A stretch of 64,000 bases of DNA from a virus. Of this stretch, positions 17,674 through 26,843 are shown piece after piece. The notes under the pieces were generated by a model. It saw only the letters and a program-made list of their open reading frames with translations. It ran no database searches and was not told where the DNA came from. The stretch spans positions 1-64,000 of the IMG/VR virus record IMGVR_UViG_3300009509_000004. One strand, given 5' to 3'. The translations under genes and the position numbers were made by a program. Numbering within the stretch: the stretch's first letter is position 1; the number at the start of each line of letters is the position of its first letter.

Positions 17674-18473
17674 GCGCGACTCCCTTTCAGAATCTCCTTC
17701 AGTTGCTCGTGGCGTTGCTCATTCTGCTCTTTTGCCTTCAGTATCGCCTTGGGCGTCCATGGCTTGATCTCGCCTCTCAACGTCATCGCCAACATCTTCT
17801 TTGCCGACACGTCCAGCGCCTTCTGGTCTGTGTCGATGCCAATGTAGGCGCAACCGTGAAGCCTCGCTGCTCGCCCCGTGGATGAGCTTCCACAGAACGG
17901 ATCGCACACGACCTCGCCTGGCGTCGTGCTATTTGTGACCAGCACCTCGCACAACGGCACTGGCTTCTCAGCTGGGAATCCCTTTGCGATGCGCTTGAAC
18001 CGCAACACAGATGGGATGCCCAGGTTGTTCAGACGCCTCTTGCCCTTCTCCAAGAACACGATGAACTCATGTTGGTTCCTGTAATGGTAGCCCATGCCCA
18101 TGACTTCTTTGTCCCAGACAATCCGCTTCCACCACGTGAATCGCCTTCCCTTTGGCATCATCGAGACATACTGGCGCAACACATCGCTGGTCTCATCGTC
18201 ACAAAAGATGTAGCAGTGGCGACCCTTCTTGAGCACACGATACAGCTCTGTGAGCAATTGCGGGAATCTGTCATTGGGGAACACATTGAACCACGGATTG
18301 CTGCTGCCGTCTGACACCTTCAACCGCGTCGTGGAACCGACTGCCCTGTGTTTCTCCAAACTCTCATATGGCGGATCTGTGCAAAACATATCCACAGATT
18401 CAGCCTCCATCTTGCTGAGCACTTCCACGGCATCGCCGCATATGAGCTCAAATCCTGTCGCTGTAGTATTCAT
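17670..18473 (-). CDS. DNA N6-adenine/N4-cytosine methyltransferase (beta class)
   Basis: TDPPY precedes FPAEKP and VCDPFCGSSST; no adjacent restriction endonuclease seen. Confidence 0.9.
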   Translation of the reverse strand: MNTTATGFELICGDAVEVLSKMEAESVDMFCTDPPYESLEKHRAVGSTTRLKVSDGSSNPWFNVFPNDRFPQLLTELYRVLKKGRHCYIFCDDETSDVLRQYVSMMPKGRRFTWWKRIVWDKEVMGMGYHYRNQHEFIVFLEKGKRRLNNLGIPSVLRFKRIAKGFPAEKPVPLCEVLVTNSTTPGEVVCDPFCGSSSTGRAARLHGCAYIGIDTDQKALDVSAKKMLAMTLRGEIKPWTPKAILKAKEQNEQRHEQLKEILKGSRA

Positions 18474-18753
18474 TCCACATCTCTGTCCAATGTTCGCACC
18501 ACATCTCCATGTGCTCGTCACACAAGATAGGTGGCAGGTTTGGATCTTTCCCTTTGCCATCCCACTCATATGCTGTCATGACGGGTGCCCGTTTTCCCCA
18601 GCGCTCTGAGCCATCGTCGTGCTTGCACTGCTCGCAATATCCCTCATCCTGAAGCCTGCTGAACTGGGCAGACCTCGGTGGCTTGGGATGCGATGGCAAC
18701 CCCTCGACATCGTGGCCTCTGAACCAGTCTCTGAGCGCCTCAAGACTTGGCAT
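18448..18753 (-). CDS. Small Cys-containing hypothetical protein
   Basis: Starts MPSLEALRDWFRGHDVEGLP; CxxC and CxxH motifs; overlaps both neighbours. Confidence 0.65.
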   Translation of the reverse strand: MPSLEALRDWFRGHDVEGLPSHPKPPRSAQFSRLQDEGYCEQCKHDDGSERWGKRAPVMTAYEWDGKGKDPNLPPILCDEHMEMWCEHWTEMWNEYYSDRI

Positions 18754-19234
18754 TGCCGCCCTTCTCAAGCATCAGCTCGATGCTTGTCATCAACTCCCGC
18801 ATCGCTGCGTTGGTTGATGCGCAATCCCACTTGGCGTTTGCCGCGTCAATGAGCTTGTACAGCGCCTCTTTTTCGATGTACTGGCCATTTGGCTGGAAGG
18901 GTTGGCCCAAGCATGCAACATTCGGGCACCCAGTATCGCCCACTGGCCCGCCGCACTTCTTGCAGTGGCCTCCCTTTTTGGTGAACACATGGTCAGGCAG
19001 AATCTCGCTGACCAACTTCACCCTGCACGCCTCGCAAGCGATGTACAGGCACGTGTCACACTCTTGCGGGATCTCTGCCGAGCAATCAAAGTCTGGCTCA
19101 TACGTTGAGCAGTCATACCCGTAGCATGGCCCGTCTGCGTCGTGCTCACCGCACTTGGGGCACGGCCTGGGTGCCGCCTCCTGCTTCGCATCCTTGAGCC
19201 CCTTGAGCGCTTCCTGCAGGTTGAACTTTGCCAT
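18740..19234 (-). CDS. Cys-rich (Zn ribbon) hypothetical protein
   Basis: Several CxxC pairs; TGATG overlap with the upstream ORF at 19234. Confidence 0.65.
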   Translation of the reverse strand: MAKFNLQEALKGLKDAKQEAAPRPCPKCGEHDADGPCYGYDCSTYEPDFDCSAEIPQECDTCLYIACEACRVKLVSEILPDHVFTKKGGHCKKCGGPVGDTGCPNVACLGQPFQPNGQYIEKEALYKLIDAANAKWDCASTNAAMRELMTSIELMLEKGGNAKS

Positions 19235-19470
19235 CACAGTGTCTCGCTGTACTTCTTGACTGACACCCGTGCTTCCTCTTGGCTGCCATATGGCCCAAAG
19301 CAACCTGCCCATGTCTCATCCCACCAGTACCAACCGCTGTTGTACTGAGTGACAGGATCGTTGGTCTCTTGGTGCAGGGGTTGCCCCAGCATGTCGATCT
19401 CATCGTTGCTCAGCCAATGTGGCGTGTTCACCGACATGACCACTGTGTTCATGATGTCTGATTCGCTCAT
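19234..19470 (-). CDS. Small hypothetical protein
   Basis: GWYWWDETW...GPY motif; overlaps both neighbours. Confidence 0.6.
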   Translation of the reverse strand: MSESDIMNTVVMSVNTPHWLSNDEIDMLGQPLHQETNDPVTQYNSGWYWWDETWAGCFGPYGSQEEARVSVKKYSETL

Positions 19471-19706
19471 AGCTCCACCTCGTCAAAATCATCTGGCGGA
19501 TCCAACGTCTGGCTCTTGTCGTCCCTGACGTCGCATTCCTCACACATGACAAATACAGGCTCACCGCCGTCATACGGCATCTCATTGAGCCTGGCCGCCG
19601 TCACGTCTGCTCCGCACCAGTCGCACTCGGCAACGATCTCGTTGTCATCCTCATCCATCTGCTCCAACATGATTTGCTTTGAAATTCCCATGTCATTCCT
19701 CGTCAT
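19467..19706 (-). CDS. Small acidic Zn-ribbon protein
   Basis: CDWC...CEEC; overlaps the end of dnaB. Confidence 0.6.
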   Translation of the reverse strand: MTRNDMGISKQIMLEQMDEDDNEIVAECDWCGADVTAARLNEMPYDGGEPVFVMCEECDVRDDKSQTLDPPDDFDEVEL

Positions 19707-21087
19707 CCTCTGCTTCTGTTATGTACATCCTGCTGAACTGAGCATCCATCGGGATGGTGATCTTGTCCTCGCCATCCCGATACTTGCCCAAATGCAATTC
19801 CATGTATTTGCCGCGTGTGTACGCCTCTGGCCCCGCTGCGCCCCCGCCGCTGCCGCTTTCCTCTTCATCGTCATCATCGTCTGTGGTGACCTTGGTGCTC
19901 CTGCTCTTTTTCTCTGGCGTGTTCAAGCTGATGACGATGGAAGCGATGCGCCCCTTGTCATAGCTCTCGCTGACCGCCTCAGCACCCGCCACCTTGTCTT
20001 TGTACTCTTTGCCCGCTTGCGATGATGACCAAACGGCATATGGCCCTTGCTGGGCCATGAATGACAGCCCCCAAAACACCTCTGCCTGCTCAAGCCTGAA
20101 TGACTCATAGCGCCTCGTGGCGCTCATGTGGTCGCCAGAATCCACCACGACCAGCTTGGGGTGAAAGTCATATTCTTCAGCTAGGTCATCGAGGCATCTG
20201 ATGAGGTCATTGACGGTGGTCTTGCGCACTGGCGACTCGATGATCATCAGCTTGTTGCCCAGCCGCGTCGTGGCGTGCTTGTATTTGGTGTCCAGCAGCC
20301 TCAGCTCGCTGGGCAGGAAGTCGAATTGCTTGAACTTGGCATACTCCATCTGGCTCCAGCGTGAGTCAATCCGCTGCGCGATCTGCTTTGCCGGCATCTC
20401 CATCGTGAAGTAGGCTGTGGGGAATCCGCTGGCTGCCGACCAATATGCCAGGTTGCCCAGGGTGATTGACTTCCCCTTCCCTGTCGTGGCGATGACCAGC
20501 CCCAACTCGCTCGTTTCGATGCCGCCGCCCAGCACGTGGTCAAGTTGCTTGAAGCCTGTCGGGATGCGCACGATGTGGCCTGGATGCTCTTTGTTGTATT
20601 TGCGCTCCAGCTGCCTGTCCTTGAATTCCTCAATCCACTTCACAACGTGGTAGTCTCGTGGCTTGACGTCCTGTCGGGATGCCTTGTTGAGCACCTCCCA
20701 CATCTTGTCCACATCGCCCTTTTCCAGCTCCTTGGCTGCTTCCTCAATCACCCTCTGCCCGTTGACGCCCCTGACAAACGTCTCAAGCTCCTTGAGGATG
20801 GCGTGCGCCGCCTTTGCCTTGCGTTGGGCGATCTTCTTGATCAGCTCCAAGTGCACCTTGCGCTCTTCATCCTTGGGGAAGTCGCGTTGCGCTCTGGCCA
20901 CCAGGATCTTGCCGTTGGGTTTCTCCCTGTATGTGTCCCAGACCTGCCTGATTGTCTTCCAAATCCAAGCGTGCTGGGCCGTTCCAAAGTGGTGGGCCTC
21001 CAGCAATGGGGCTGCCTTCTTCAAAAATTGTGGGTCACGCAAACAGCGTGACAAGATGTCTTCTTCAAAGCCCCTGTCAAATTTCAT
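19693..21087 (-). CDS. dnaB: Replicative DnaB-like helicase
   Basis: IPTGFKQLDHVLGGG, ATTGKGKS, FTMEM, VVVDSGD, SSQ, LGKYRDGE. Confidence 0.92.
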   Translation of the reverse strand: MKFDRGFEEDILSRCLRDPQFLKKAAPLLEAHHFGTAQHAWIWKTIRQVWDTYREKPNGKILVARAQRDFPKDEERKVHLELIKKIAQRKAKAAHAILKELETFVRGVNGQRVIEEAAKELEKGDVDKMWEVLNKASRQDVKPRDYHVVKWIEEFKDRQLERKYNKEHPGHIVRIPTGFKQLDHVLGGGIETSELGLVIATTGKGKSITLGNLAYWSAASGFPTAYFTMEMPAKQIAQRIDSRWSQMEYAKFKQFDFLPSELRLLDTKYKHATTRLGNKLMIIESPVRKTTVNDLIRCLDDLAEEYDFHPKLVVVDSGDHMSATRRYESFRLEQAEVFWGLSFMAQQGPYAVWSSSQAGKEYKDKVAGAEAVSESYDKGRIASIVISLNTPEKKSRSTKVTTDDDDDEEESGSGGGAAGPEAYTRGKYMELHLGKYRDGEDKITIPMDAQFSRMYITEAEDDEE

Positions 21088-21802
21088 CGTTGTAGCCCAT
21101 TTCCTTGGTCATTTCCTCATGTATCTTCTCTCTGTAATCCCCTGGCTCCATCGTGATGGCTTGGAACTTCCCTGCCAGCATCGAGGCAACGGTTGCGCCA
21201 TAGGCTTGGCCCATCTTCTCAAAGTCCATGTTGGTCGCCAGCAACATCGGGTTGCTGTCGTCCAGCCGCCTCTTGAGGATGCGCTCAACCTGCGCGTCCA
21301 TGTACTTGTTGTCAGCCTTGGCCCTCTCCTTGCCCATCTCGTCAATCGCCAGGAAGTCTGAGGTGAGCATCCAATACAGACGTTCCTCAATCTCTGATTG
21401 CTTGAAGCCTCGCTTGATGTTGAAGTCAAGATCGGGCATCGTGGTGTAGTACACCGTGCGCCCCCTCTTGATTGCCTCCATGAGCACATAGCTGATGAAG
21501 TAGGTTTTGCCAACTCCGTTGTCACCCAGGAACAACAGACCATAGCCCCTCTTGAGCGCCCTGTTCATGTTGTTGACGTACTGCTGCACAACCTGCTTGA
21601 AAATCTCGTTGTTGTGCGTGATGTCTGATGGCTTGATGTGCCAGAAGTCCTGCGGCACACATCCTTCATAGGCTGACACAGCGATGTCAAACTTGCGCCT
21701 ACATTGGCACGTGAAGTCGTTGCCCTTGCACTCCTTGCAAGCCACAATGTATTTATGGAACGCCCTTGACTTGAAGTCGTTCACTTCATCTTCTGTCCTC
21801 AT
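21077..21802 (-). CDS. DnaC/IstB-like helicase loader
   Basis: N-terminal CxxC..CxC, GDNGVGKT, LAIDEMGKE, LATN. Confidence 0.88.
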   Translation of the reverse strand: MRTEDEVNDFKSRAFHKYIVACKECKGNDFTCQCRRKFDIAVSAYEGCVPQDFWHIKPSDITHNNEIFKQVVQQYVNNMNRALKRGYGLLFLGDNGVGKTYFISYVLMEAIKRGRTVYYTTMPDLDFNIKRGFKQSEIEERLYWMLTSDFLAIDEMGKERAKADNKYMDAQVERILKRRLDDSNPMLLATNMDFEKMGQAYGATVASMLAGKFQAITMEPGDYREKIHEEMTKEMGYNDEI

Positions 21803-23461
21803 CTATTTGCCCCCGCCATACAGATGCGTGACGGCCCATTTCACCATGGCTCTGATGGGCTCGCTCACAAATAGCTTGTGGCCTGCAGCGATGGTCTTGG
21901 CGGTTTGCTGGATGGTCATCAGGTATCTGTCATCACATGCGCGCACGTCAAACCCAGCCTCCACGAGTCCACGCCTCAGTCTTTTGTCCAGACTGCCAGT
22001 GTCGCTGAAAGAGTGCGCGTCATCCTTGTGCCGCTTGAAGTTGCCAGGCTTCCACTTCTTTTGGCCACCCTGTGTGTCTTCAAAGAGTGCGTTGGCCACC
22101 TTCTCTGCCGCATACGGGGCAGCCAGGAAGCTCAACGATGGATATTTCATATCCTTGTCTGCGAAGTCGGTGACGTGCTCCTGCCAATATTCCAAGAGCT
22201 GTCGCGGGGTGATCTCGTTGTACAGGCACTCCACCGCGATGAGGCCACAGTAGCGATCCCTCAGCTTGGGCGATAGCTTGAACGTTGGCTCATGGTTCTT
22301 TGACTTCTGAAGCATGATCCTGAATCGGGTGTAAATGCGGCCCATCTCGCTGATCAGCTTCTTCATGACCGCCTGCCGCCTCTTGTCCTTGGGCTTGCGG
22401 TCCAGGATCTCCATGATTGCCGCCCGCTCCTTGGACCTGGGCTCAAACGATATTGACGGGTGCCCTCTCAGGTCCAGCTGCTCCCACTCCATTGGCTTCT
22501 GTGGCAGCTTCTTTTTATCATTGCGCGCCTTGGTGCGCGCCGCCTTGACAGCAGCATGTTTCTGGGCCAGTCTCTCAGACAGCTCTGTGCGCTTGGCCTT
22601 GGGCTCATCTTCTTTTGTGCTTTCCTGCTTGCTGTGCCCCTCCCCATTATGGGTAACGTCCTTTGCCTGTTCTTTGATCTCTGATGATGTATATTCCCTA
22701 TAAGGCACACCATTTTTCGCCCCAGTCTCTGTTTTCGAGCGTTGGGACGCTACCACTGTGTCAGAGCCATATTTGATTCTGCCCTTTGCCAGCATTTTGC
22801 TGCGAAGTGACTGTGTGTTTTCCTTGTCCAATTTCTGGAAATTTCCGAAAAACTGTGCAACCCCAGCCACCTTCTCCGGTGTGTGATTCCTCAATGATAA
22901 CAAACCGCTAGGTGCAATATGTGGTGCACTTCCACACATACAAGTTGGATCCAATACAGCAAATTGACCAGGTAGGTTACAAGCTCCCATATCCGACCTT
23001 TCCCTACTTTGCTGCATATCTGTAACCACTTCTGGAAAGTGGTCAAGATAGATGATCGGTTGGGGATGCCTGTTGTGATCTTCCTGTGATGCTTGATGGA
23101 CTTCTGGACTGGCTATTTGCTCAAAATCTGGATCTGCGAGTAGGTGGTTGGACAGTCGGATGAAGTGGCTGCGACCTGCAAGGATGGCTCTGCGCGCAAG
23201 AACGATTGATGTTGGTTTCCCAACCATGGCGTTCTTTTCAAGCCCGATGTACCCTTTGTTGTAAAGCTCCTTCAGGATGTAGTCAAAGCGCCCTCTGGAG
23301 TATCCCATCAGCGTTGCCAGTCTCTCTCGACCTGAGCTGAGGTGATGCCTGGGGGTGACCATCAACCTCATCCACACGGCAAACCCTGGTTTTGTCAATT
23401 CATCATACGCCTGTTCTATCGTGGCGTGCCCACCTGTTTCCACGCCATCGCCTGATTTCAT
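21803..23461 (-). CDS. Putative replication initiator (N-terminal wHTH)
   Basis: RERLATLMGYSRGRFDYILKELYNKGYI helix-turn-helix; directly upstream of DnaC/DnaB; ATG at 23461 follows GGAGG. Confidence 0.6.
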   Translation of the reverse strand: MKSGDGVETGGHATIEQAYDELTKPGFAVWMRLMVTPRHHLSSGRERLATLMGYSRGRFDYILKELYNKGYIGLEKNAMVGKPTSIVLARRAILAGRSHFIRLSNHLLADPDFEQIASPEVHQASQEDHNRHPQPIIYLDHFPEVVTDMQQSRERSDMGACNLPGQFAVLDPTCMCGSAPHIAPSGLLSLRNHTPEKVAGVAQFFGNFQKLDKENTQSLRSKMLAKGRIKYGSDTVVASQRSKTETGAKNGVPYREYTSSEIKEQAKDVTHNGEGHSKQESTKEDEPKAKRTELSERLAQKHAAVKAARTKARNDKKKLPQKPMEWEQLDLRGHPSISFEPRSKERAAIMEILDRKPKDKRRQAVMKKLISEMGRIYTRFRIMLQKSKNHEPTFKLSPKLRDRYCGLIAVECLYNEITPRQLLEYWQEHVTDFADKDMKYPSLSFLAAPYAAEKVANALFEDTQGGQKKWKPGNFKRHKDDAHSFSDTGSLDKRLRRGLVEAGFDVRACDDRYLMTIQQTAKTIAAGHKLFVSEPIRAMVKWAVTHLYGGGK

Positions 23462-23473
23462 TATAACCTCCGC

Positions 23474-23553
23474 AAAAAAAAGCCCCGCACCTCCATCGAT
23501 GGCTGTGCAGGCCAAACAGGACGTTTGACCCCATCGGTGGAGGTGCGTCAGGC
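23474..23553 (-). promoter_or_regulatory. Structured leader (long hairpin + U-tract) before the initiator RBS
   Basis: gcacctccatcgatgg (23487-23502) / ccatcggtggaggtgc (23531-23546); inner stem ggccaaac/gtttgacc; U-tract on the - strand. Confidence 0.6.
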
Positions 23554-23598
23554 AACTTCTCTTTGCTGATTGACGGTGCACAGCAACCAGCGATCATC

Positions 23599-23627
23599 GT
23601 TCTAACTCGACCCAGACTTCAGGTCAA
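23599..23627 (-). promoter_or_regulatory. Putative sigma70 promoter for the replication block
   Basis: - strand TTGACC, 17-bp spacer, TAGAAC. Confidence 0.5.
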
Positions 23628-23637
23628 GAAATTTCTC

Positions 23638-25113
23638 TCATTCAACTATTCTAATCATGAACGCATGTTCTGACCGATACGTTGCCAAGCGCTCTGCCGA
23701 GTGCGTGGCGAAGTATTTGTTGGTCATGTCCATGAAGTCCACGAACACCGCTTCAGTCTTGCCGGCAGCTGGGGTCATGTTTCTCATCCGCTGGATGGCT
23801 GCCTTGACATCCCTGCCGCCCTCTGCGTTGATGACGCACTCGATCTCAGGGATGTCCACGCCCTCTCCAAACACTGTCCCCAAAAGCACGCTCACCTCGC
23901 CGTCCAAGAACGCCTGAACCTTTGCCTTGCGTTCATCCATCCTGTCATTCCCGATGACGATGGCGTGCGGCACATCTTCAGCAACCAGCATCTCGTGTAG
24001 CGCTGCAAGCTGATTGTGTCTGTTGCTGACGATGAGCACCTTGAGTCCTTGGGCGATCTTCTCTTGGGCCTTGGACACAGCCTTGCGGTTGCGCCACTCA
24101 TTCTCGTATATGAGCGCGTCACGCAGCTCCTGACACCACTTCCAATCCTCATATCCTTCTGGCTGATCGCACACGACAAGCTCCACCTTCTGCTGCATCA
24201 GGTAGCCCTGTTCAATCAGGAAGCTCGTGCCGACCTCGTGTTTGATGTCGCCACAACACGCTTTGAGCCAGATCACGCCCCGCTCATTCTCTCTGTCGTT
24301 GTCGAGGTGGATGGTGGCACTCAACCCGATCCTGTACCTGCAGTTGAAGTCCATGAACACCTTGTGCCAAACATCACCTCGCAGATGATGGCACTCATCG
24401 AAAATGACCAGGTCAAAGTGCTTGACGATCTCCTTGTACTGCTGCGTGGGTGGGACGCGCATGGTGCGCTTGCCCACCTTCTTGACGCCTCCTGCGTTCT
24501 TCGCCAGCGTCTGTATCGTCGCCACAGTGATGTCGTCAACGCGCCACTCGCTGTCTCCTATCATGCCGACAGTGACACCTTCCAGGGTTTCTTCAAGCGA
24601 TGCCTTGGTCTGGTGCAACAACATCTGGGATGGAACGATGAACAGTGCTCTGCGTTTGATTTTGTGGATGATGCCTGCGGCTGTCTTGGTCTTGCCGGAT
24701 CTGATGGGCATTTTGAGCAGACCACTTCCATAGTCCCAAGTGCCATCCTGGCAGATTGCTTCCACCGCCTCGACCTGGTATGGCCTGAGCACCACGTCAG
24801 GATTCCACCCGACCTCGATGACAGGCCCATTCAGTGATCTCCCTGACGTGTCCATGTCGTATCGCTTGCCCATCTCGTTGAGCGTGCGCACGATGTCGCC
24901 AAGCAGACCGATGGGTGCCTTGTAGCCCTTCTTGGGGCTGAACTTCAACAGATGCTCTCGCCCGTCCCAGCGTCTGGGTCTGGCCCTGTATGCTGGTGAG
25001 AACATGTAGCCAGCCACCAAGTAGCTTGTGACATGTTCAAGCGCACGCAGTGTATTTGGGCTTGCGCCCTTGATGTACACGTGCCTGTTGTCTATGTTCA
25101 GTCTGATGCCCAT
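23638..25113 (-). CDS. SF2 DEAD/DEAH-box helicase (UvsW/XPB-like)
   Basis: LRPYQ, PIRSGKT, DECHH, GLSAT, FGEGVDIP, QRMR. Confidence 0.9.
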   Translation of the reverse strand: MGIRLNIDNRHVYIKGASPNTLRALEHVTSYLVAGYMFSPAYRARPRRWDGREHLLKFSPKKGYKAPIGLLGDIVRTLNEMGKRYDMDTSGRSLNGPVIEVGWNPDVVLRPYQVEAVEAICQDGTWDYGSGLLKMPIRSGKTKTAAGIIHKIKRRALFIVPSQMLLHQTKASLEETLEGVTVGMIGDSEWRVDDITVATIQTLAKNAGGVKKVGKRTMRVPPTQQYKEIVKHFDLVIFDECHHLRGDVWHKVFMDFNCRYRIGLSATIHLDNDRENERGVIWLKACCGDIKHEVGTSFLIEQGYLMQQKVELVVCDQPEGYEDWKWCQELRDALIYENEWRNRKAVSKAQEKIAQGLKVLIVSNRHNQLAALHEMLVAEDVPHAIVIGNDRMDERKAKVQAFLDGEVSVLLGTVFGEGVDIPEIECVINAEGGRDVKAAIQRMRNMTPAAGKTEAVFVDFMDMTNKYFATHSAERLATYRSEHAFMIRIVE

Positions 25114-25154
25114 GCCCCCTTCTACTGCTTTTTGGGGCTAAGGGCTGAGAATTT

Positions 25155-25436
25155 TCAGTTGGCTGGCTCTGGTTCAGGAGCTGTAGCGGATGTTGCGGCC
25201 TGGTTATTTTTGGCCGCTTTCAGCTTCTGAATTTTCTCTTTGGCCTCTTTGAGCTTGACGATGTGCTTGTCCATCTCATCATATTTGCGCTTTGATTGTT
25301 CATCAGCGCGTTTGATGAGATCAACTTGGATCGGCGGCATCGACCTCCGCAACGATCTGTTGTACTCTTTTTCATCCCACTCGCTGGCTGCCGGTGGAAT
25401 TGACGGACCAAAAAGCCACCTGAGTAGACCCATCAT
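25155..25436 (-). CDS. Hypothetical protein in the lysis region
   Basis: ORF with GGAGG RBS; C-terminal coiled coil. Confidence 0.6.
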   Translation of the reverse strand: MMGLLRWLFGPSIPPAASEWDEKEYNRSLRRSMPPIQVDLIKRADEQSKRKYDEMDKHIVKLKEAKEKIQKLKAAKNNQAATSATAPEPEPAN

Positions 25437-25442
25437 GGCCTC

Positions 25443-25733
25443 CTACTTGACCTCAACTGCATCAACAAGCTCCTTCAAGGTGTCGTTGAGCGCCTCAGCC
25501 AACTCATGATATTTTGTGGCATCCTTCTCAGCCTTCTCAATGAGCCTGATGTACAAAGCGTTGACTTGGCGATCCTTCCTGACCAATGCTATTGTGAGCG
25601 CGATGACGCACAGCCCCAGCACGCCATATTCTGCGAAGCCAAACAGCGGGTTGCCGGTCACAGCCTCAGCGCCGTTGGCCGCAAGCACAGCGCCGCTCGT
25701 GAACAATGTTACTGTGACAAGTTTACCTATCAT
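25443..25733 (-). CDS. Holin-like membrane protein
   Basis: One or two hydrophobic segments followed by a charged coiled coil; lysis context. Confidence 0.5.
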   Translation of the reverse strand: MIGKLVTVTLFTSGAVLAANGAEAVTGNPLFGFAEYGVLGLCVIALTIALVRKDRQVNALYIRLIEKAEKDATKYHELAEALNDTLKELVDAVEVK

Positions 25734-26103
25734 TGCCGCTGGCCTTCACAATCTGGGCACCTCCATACACAGCCAAGGCTGTGACCACGATGCCTATTGT
25801 AAAACCAAACCAGCGGTTTGCGCTAGGTGTTTCCCACCACTTGGGTGGTTTCGTTGCCTCTGCAAGTTGCAGCTTGTACATAGTCTCCATGCTGAGCATG
25901 TACTTTTCGTCAACTTTTTGCTGCTTCTTGAGCTTTTCAAGCTCAAGCTCTGCCTCAAGCAACTCGGTCAGACGCGCCTCTGGAACAAGTAGGGCTGTGA
26001 AGGGTGCTGCGTCCCCAGCTTTCAGCGGCACAACCTTCTCTTGCGCCCATGCCGGCATCGACATGAACAGGATGACCGCAACTGTGAAAGCAGCGCCCCT
26101 CAT
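25723..26103 (-). CDS. Exported protein with C-terminal TM segment (spanin-like, tentative)
   Basis: Signal peptide AWA|Q, coiled coil, C-terminal hydrophobic helix. Confidence 0.45.
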   Translation of the reverse strand: MRGAAFTVAVILFMSMPAWAQEKVVPLKAGDAAPFTALLVPEARLTELLEAELELEKLKKQQKVDEKYMLSMETMYKLQLAEATKPPKWWETPSANRWFGFTIGIVVTALAVYGGAQIVKASGNDR

Positions 26104-26396
26104 TTGCCCCTCCGATTGGCAAACTCTGCAAGACGTTTCAGCCGTTCATCCTCATCCTTGATGGCCTTGATCTCAATCAGCTCGTTGATGCGCCCTTCCA
26201 TCTCTTCAACGATGGCCTTGTGTTCTTGTGCGCGTTCATCCTTGAGCTTTTTGGCCTTCTCTTTGGTCTCATTCAGGATGTTGGACTTGTCGCTGGCCTT
26301 GGGGAACAGGCAGGAGACAGCGAAAATGACCAGCGCACCCAAGAGTAGGATCCACAGCCAATATCGCTTGAACCAGTCCTGTAGCCCATTGGCCAT
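26100..26396 (-). CDS. i-spanin-like protein (N-terminal TM + coiled coil)
   Basis: YWLWILLLGALVIFAVSC followed by a coiled coil. Confidence 0.5.
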   Translation of the reverse strand: MANGLQDWFKRYWLWILLLGALVIFAVSCLFPKASDKSNILNETKEKAKKLKDERAQEHKAIVEEMEGRINELIEIKAIKDEDERLKRLAEFANRRGK

Positions 26397-26617
26397 CAGC
26401 TGATGCCCTCAACCTTGGCGATGCTGGCCATCATCCCTGCCCAAAATGCATTGGACTTTTCGGTGTAGTCAGGCTCATTTTCAGGCCTGAACTTCTTGGG
26501 TGCCTCCGCAAGATCGCCGTCAACAACGCGATACTCGCACCAGCACTCTTTTGGTCCAAGGTTTGCATCGCCGGTGAACACCACTCTGGTTGGTCCTTTT
26601 TCAAATTCGCGTGCCAT
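26396..26617 (-). CDS. Small hypothetical protein (paralogue of 26627-26842)
   Basis: GGAGG RBS; shared motifs with its neighbour. Confidence 0.65.
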   Translation of the reverse strand: MAREFEKGPTRVVFTGDANLGPKECWCEYRVVDGDLAEAPKKFRPENEPDYTEKSNAFWAGMMASIAKVEGIS

Positions 26618-26626
26618 GGTGCCCTC

Positions 26627-26842
26627 CTACTTGATGCCTTCTGCGGTCTTGATTGCCTTCACGGCATCAGCCCACAGGGTTTTGGGTGACTTTTTCTCGT
26701 GATCTGGCTCTTCCACGTGATAGACCTTCCCTTCAGAAACAGCTGGCCCGTCACAGACGTCATATGTGAACATGACATCCGATGGCCCGCCTGCCGGATC
26801 ACCGCTCTGAAACATGACTACATTTGCAACCATCTTTGGCAT
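26627..26842 (-). CDS. Small hypothetical protein (paralogue of 26396-26617)
   Basis: Likely start MPKMV at 26842. Confidence 0.65.
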   Translation of the reverse strand: MPKMVANVVMFQSGDPAGGPSDVMFTYDVCDGPAVSEGKVYHVEEPDHEKKSPKTLWADAVKAIKTAEGIK

Positions 26843-26843
26843 T

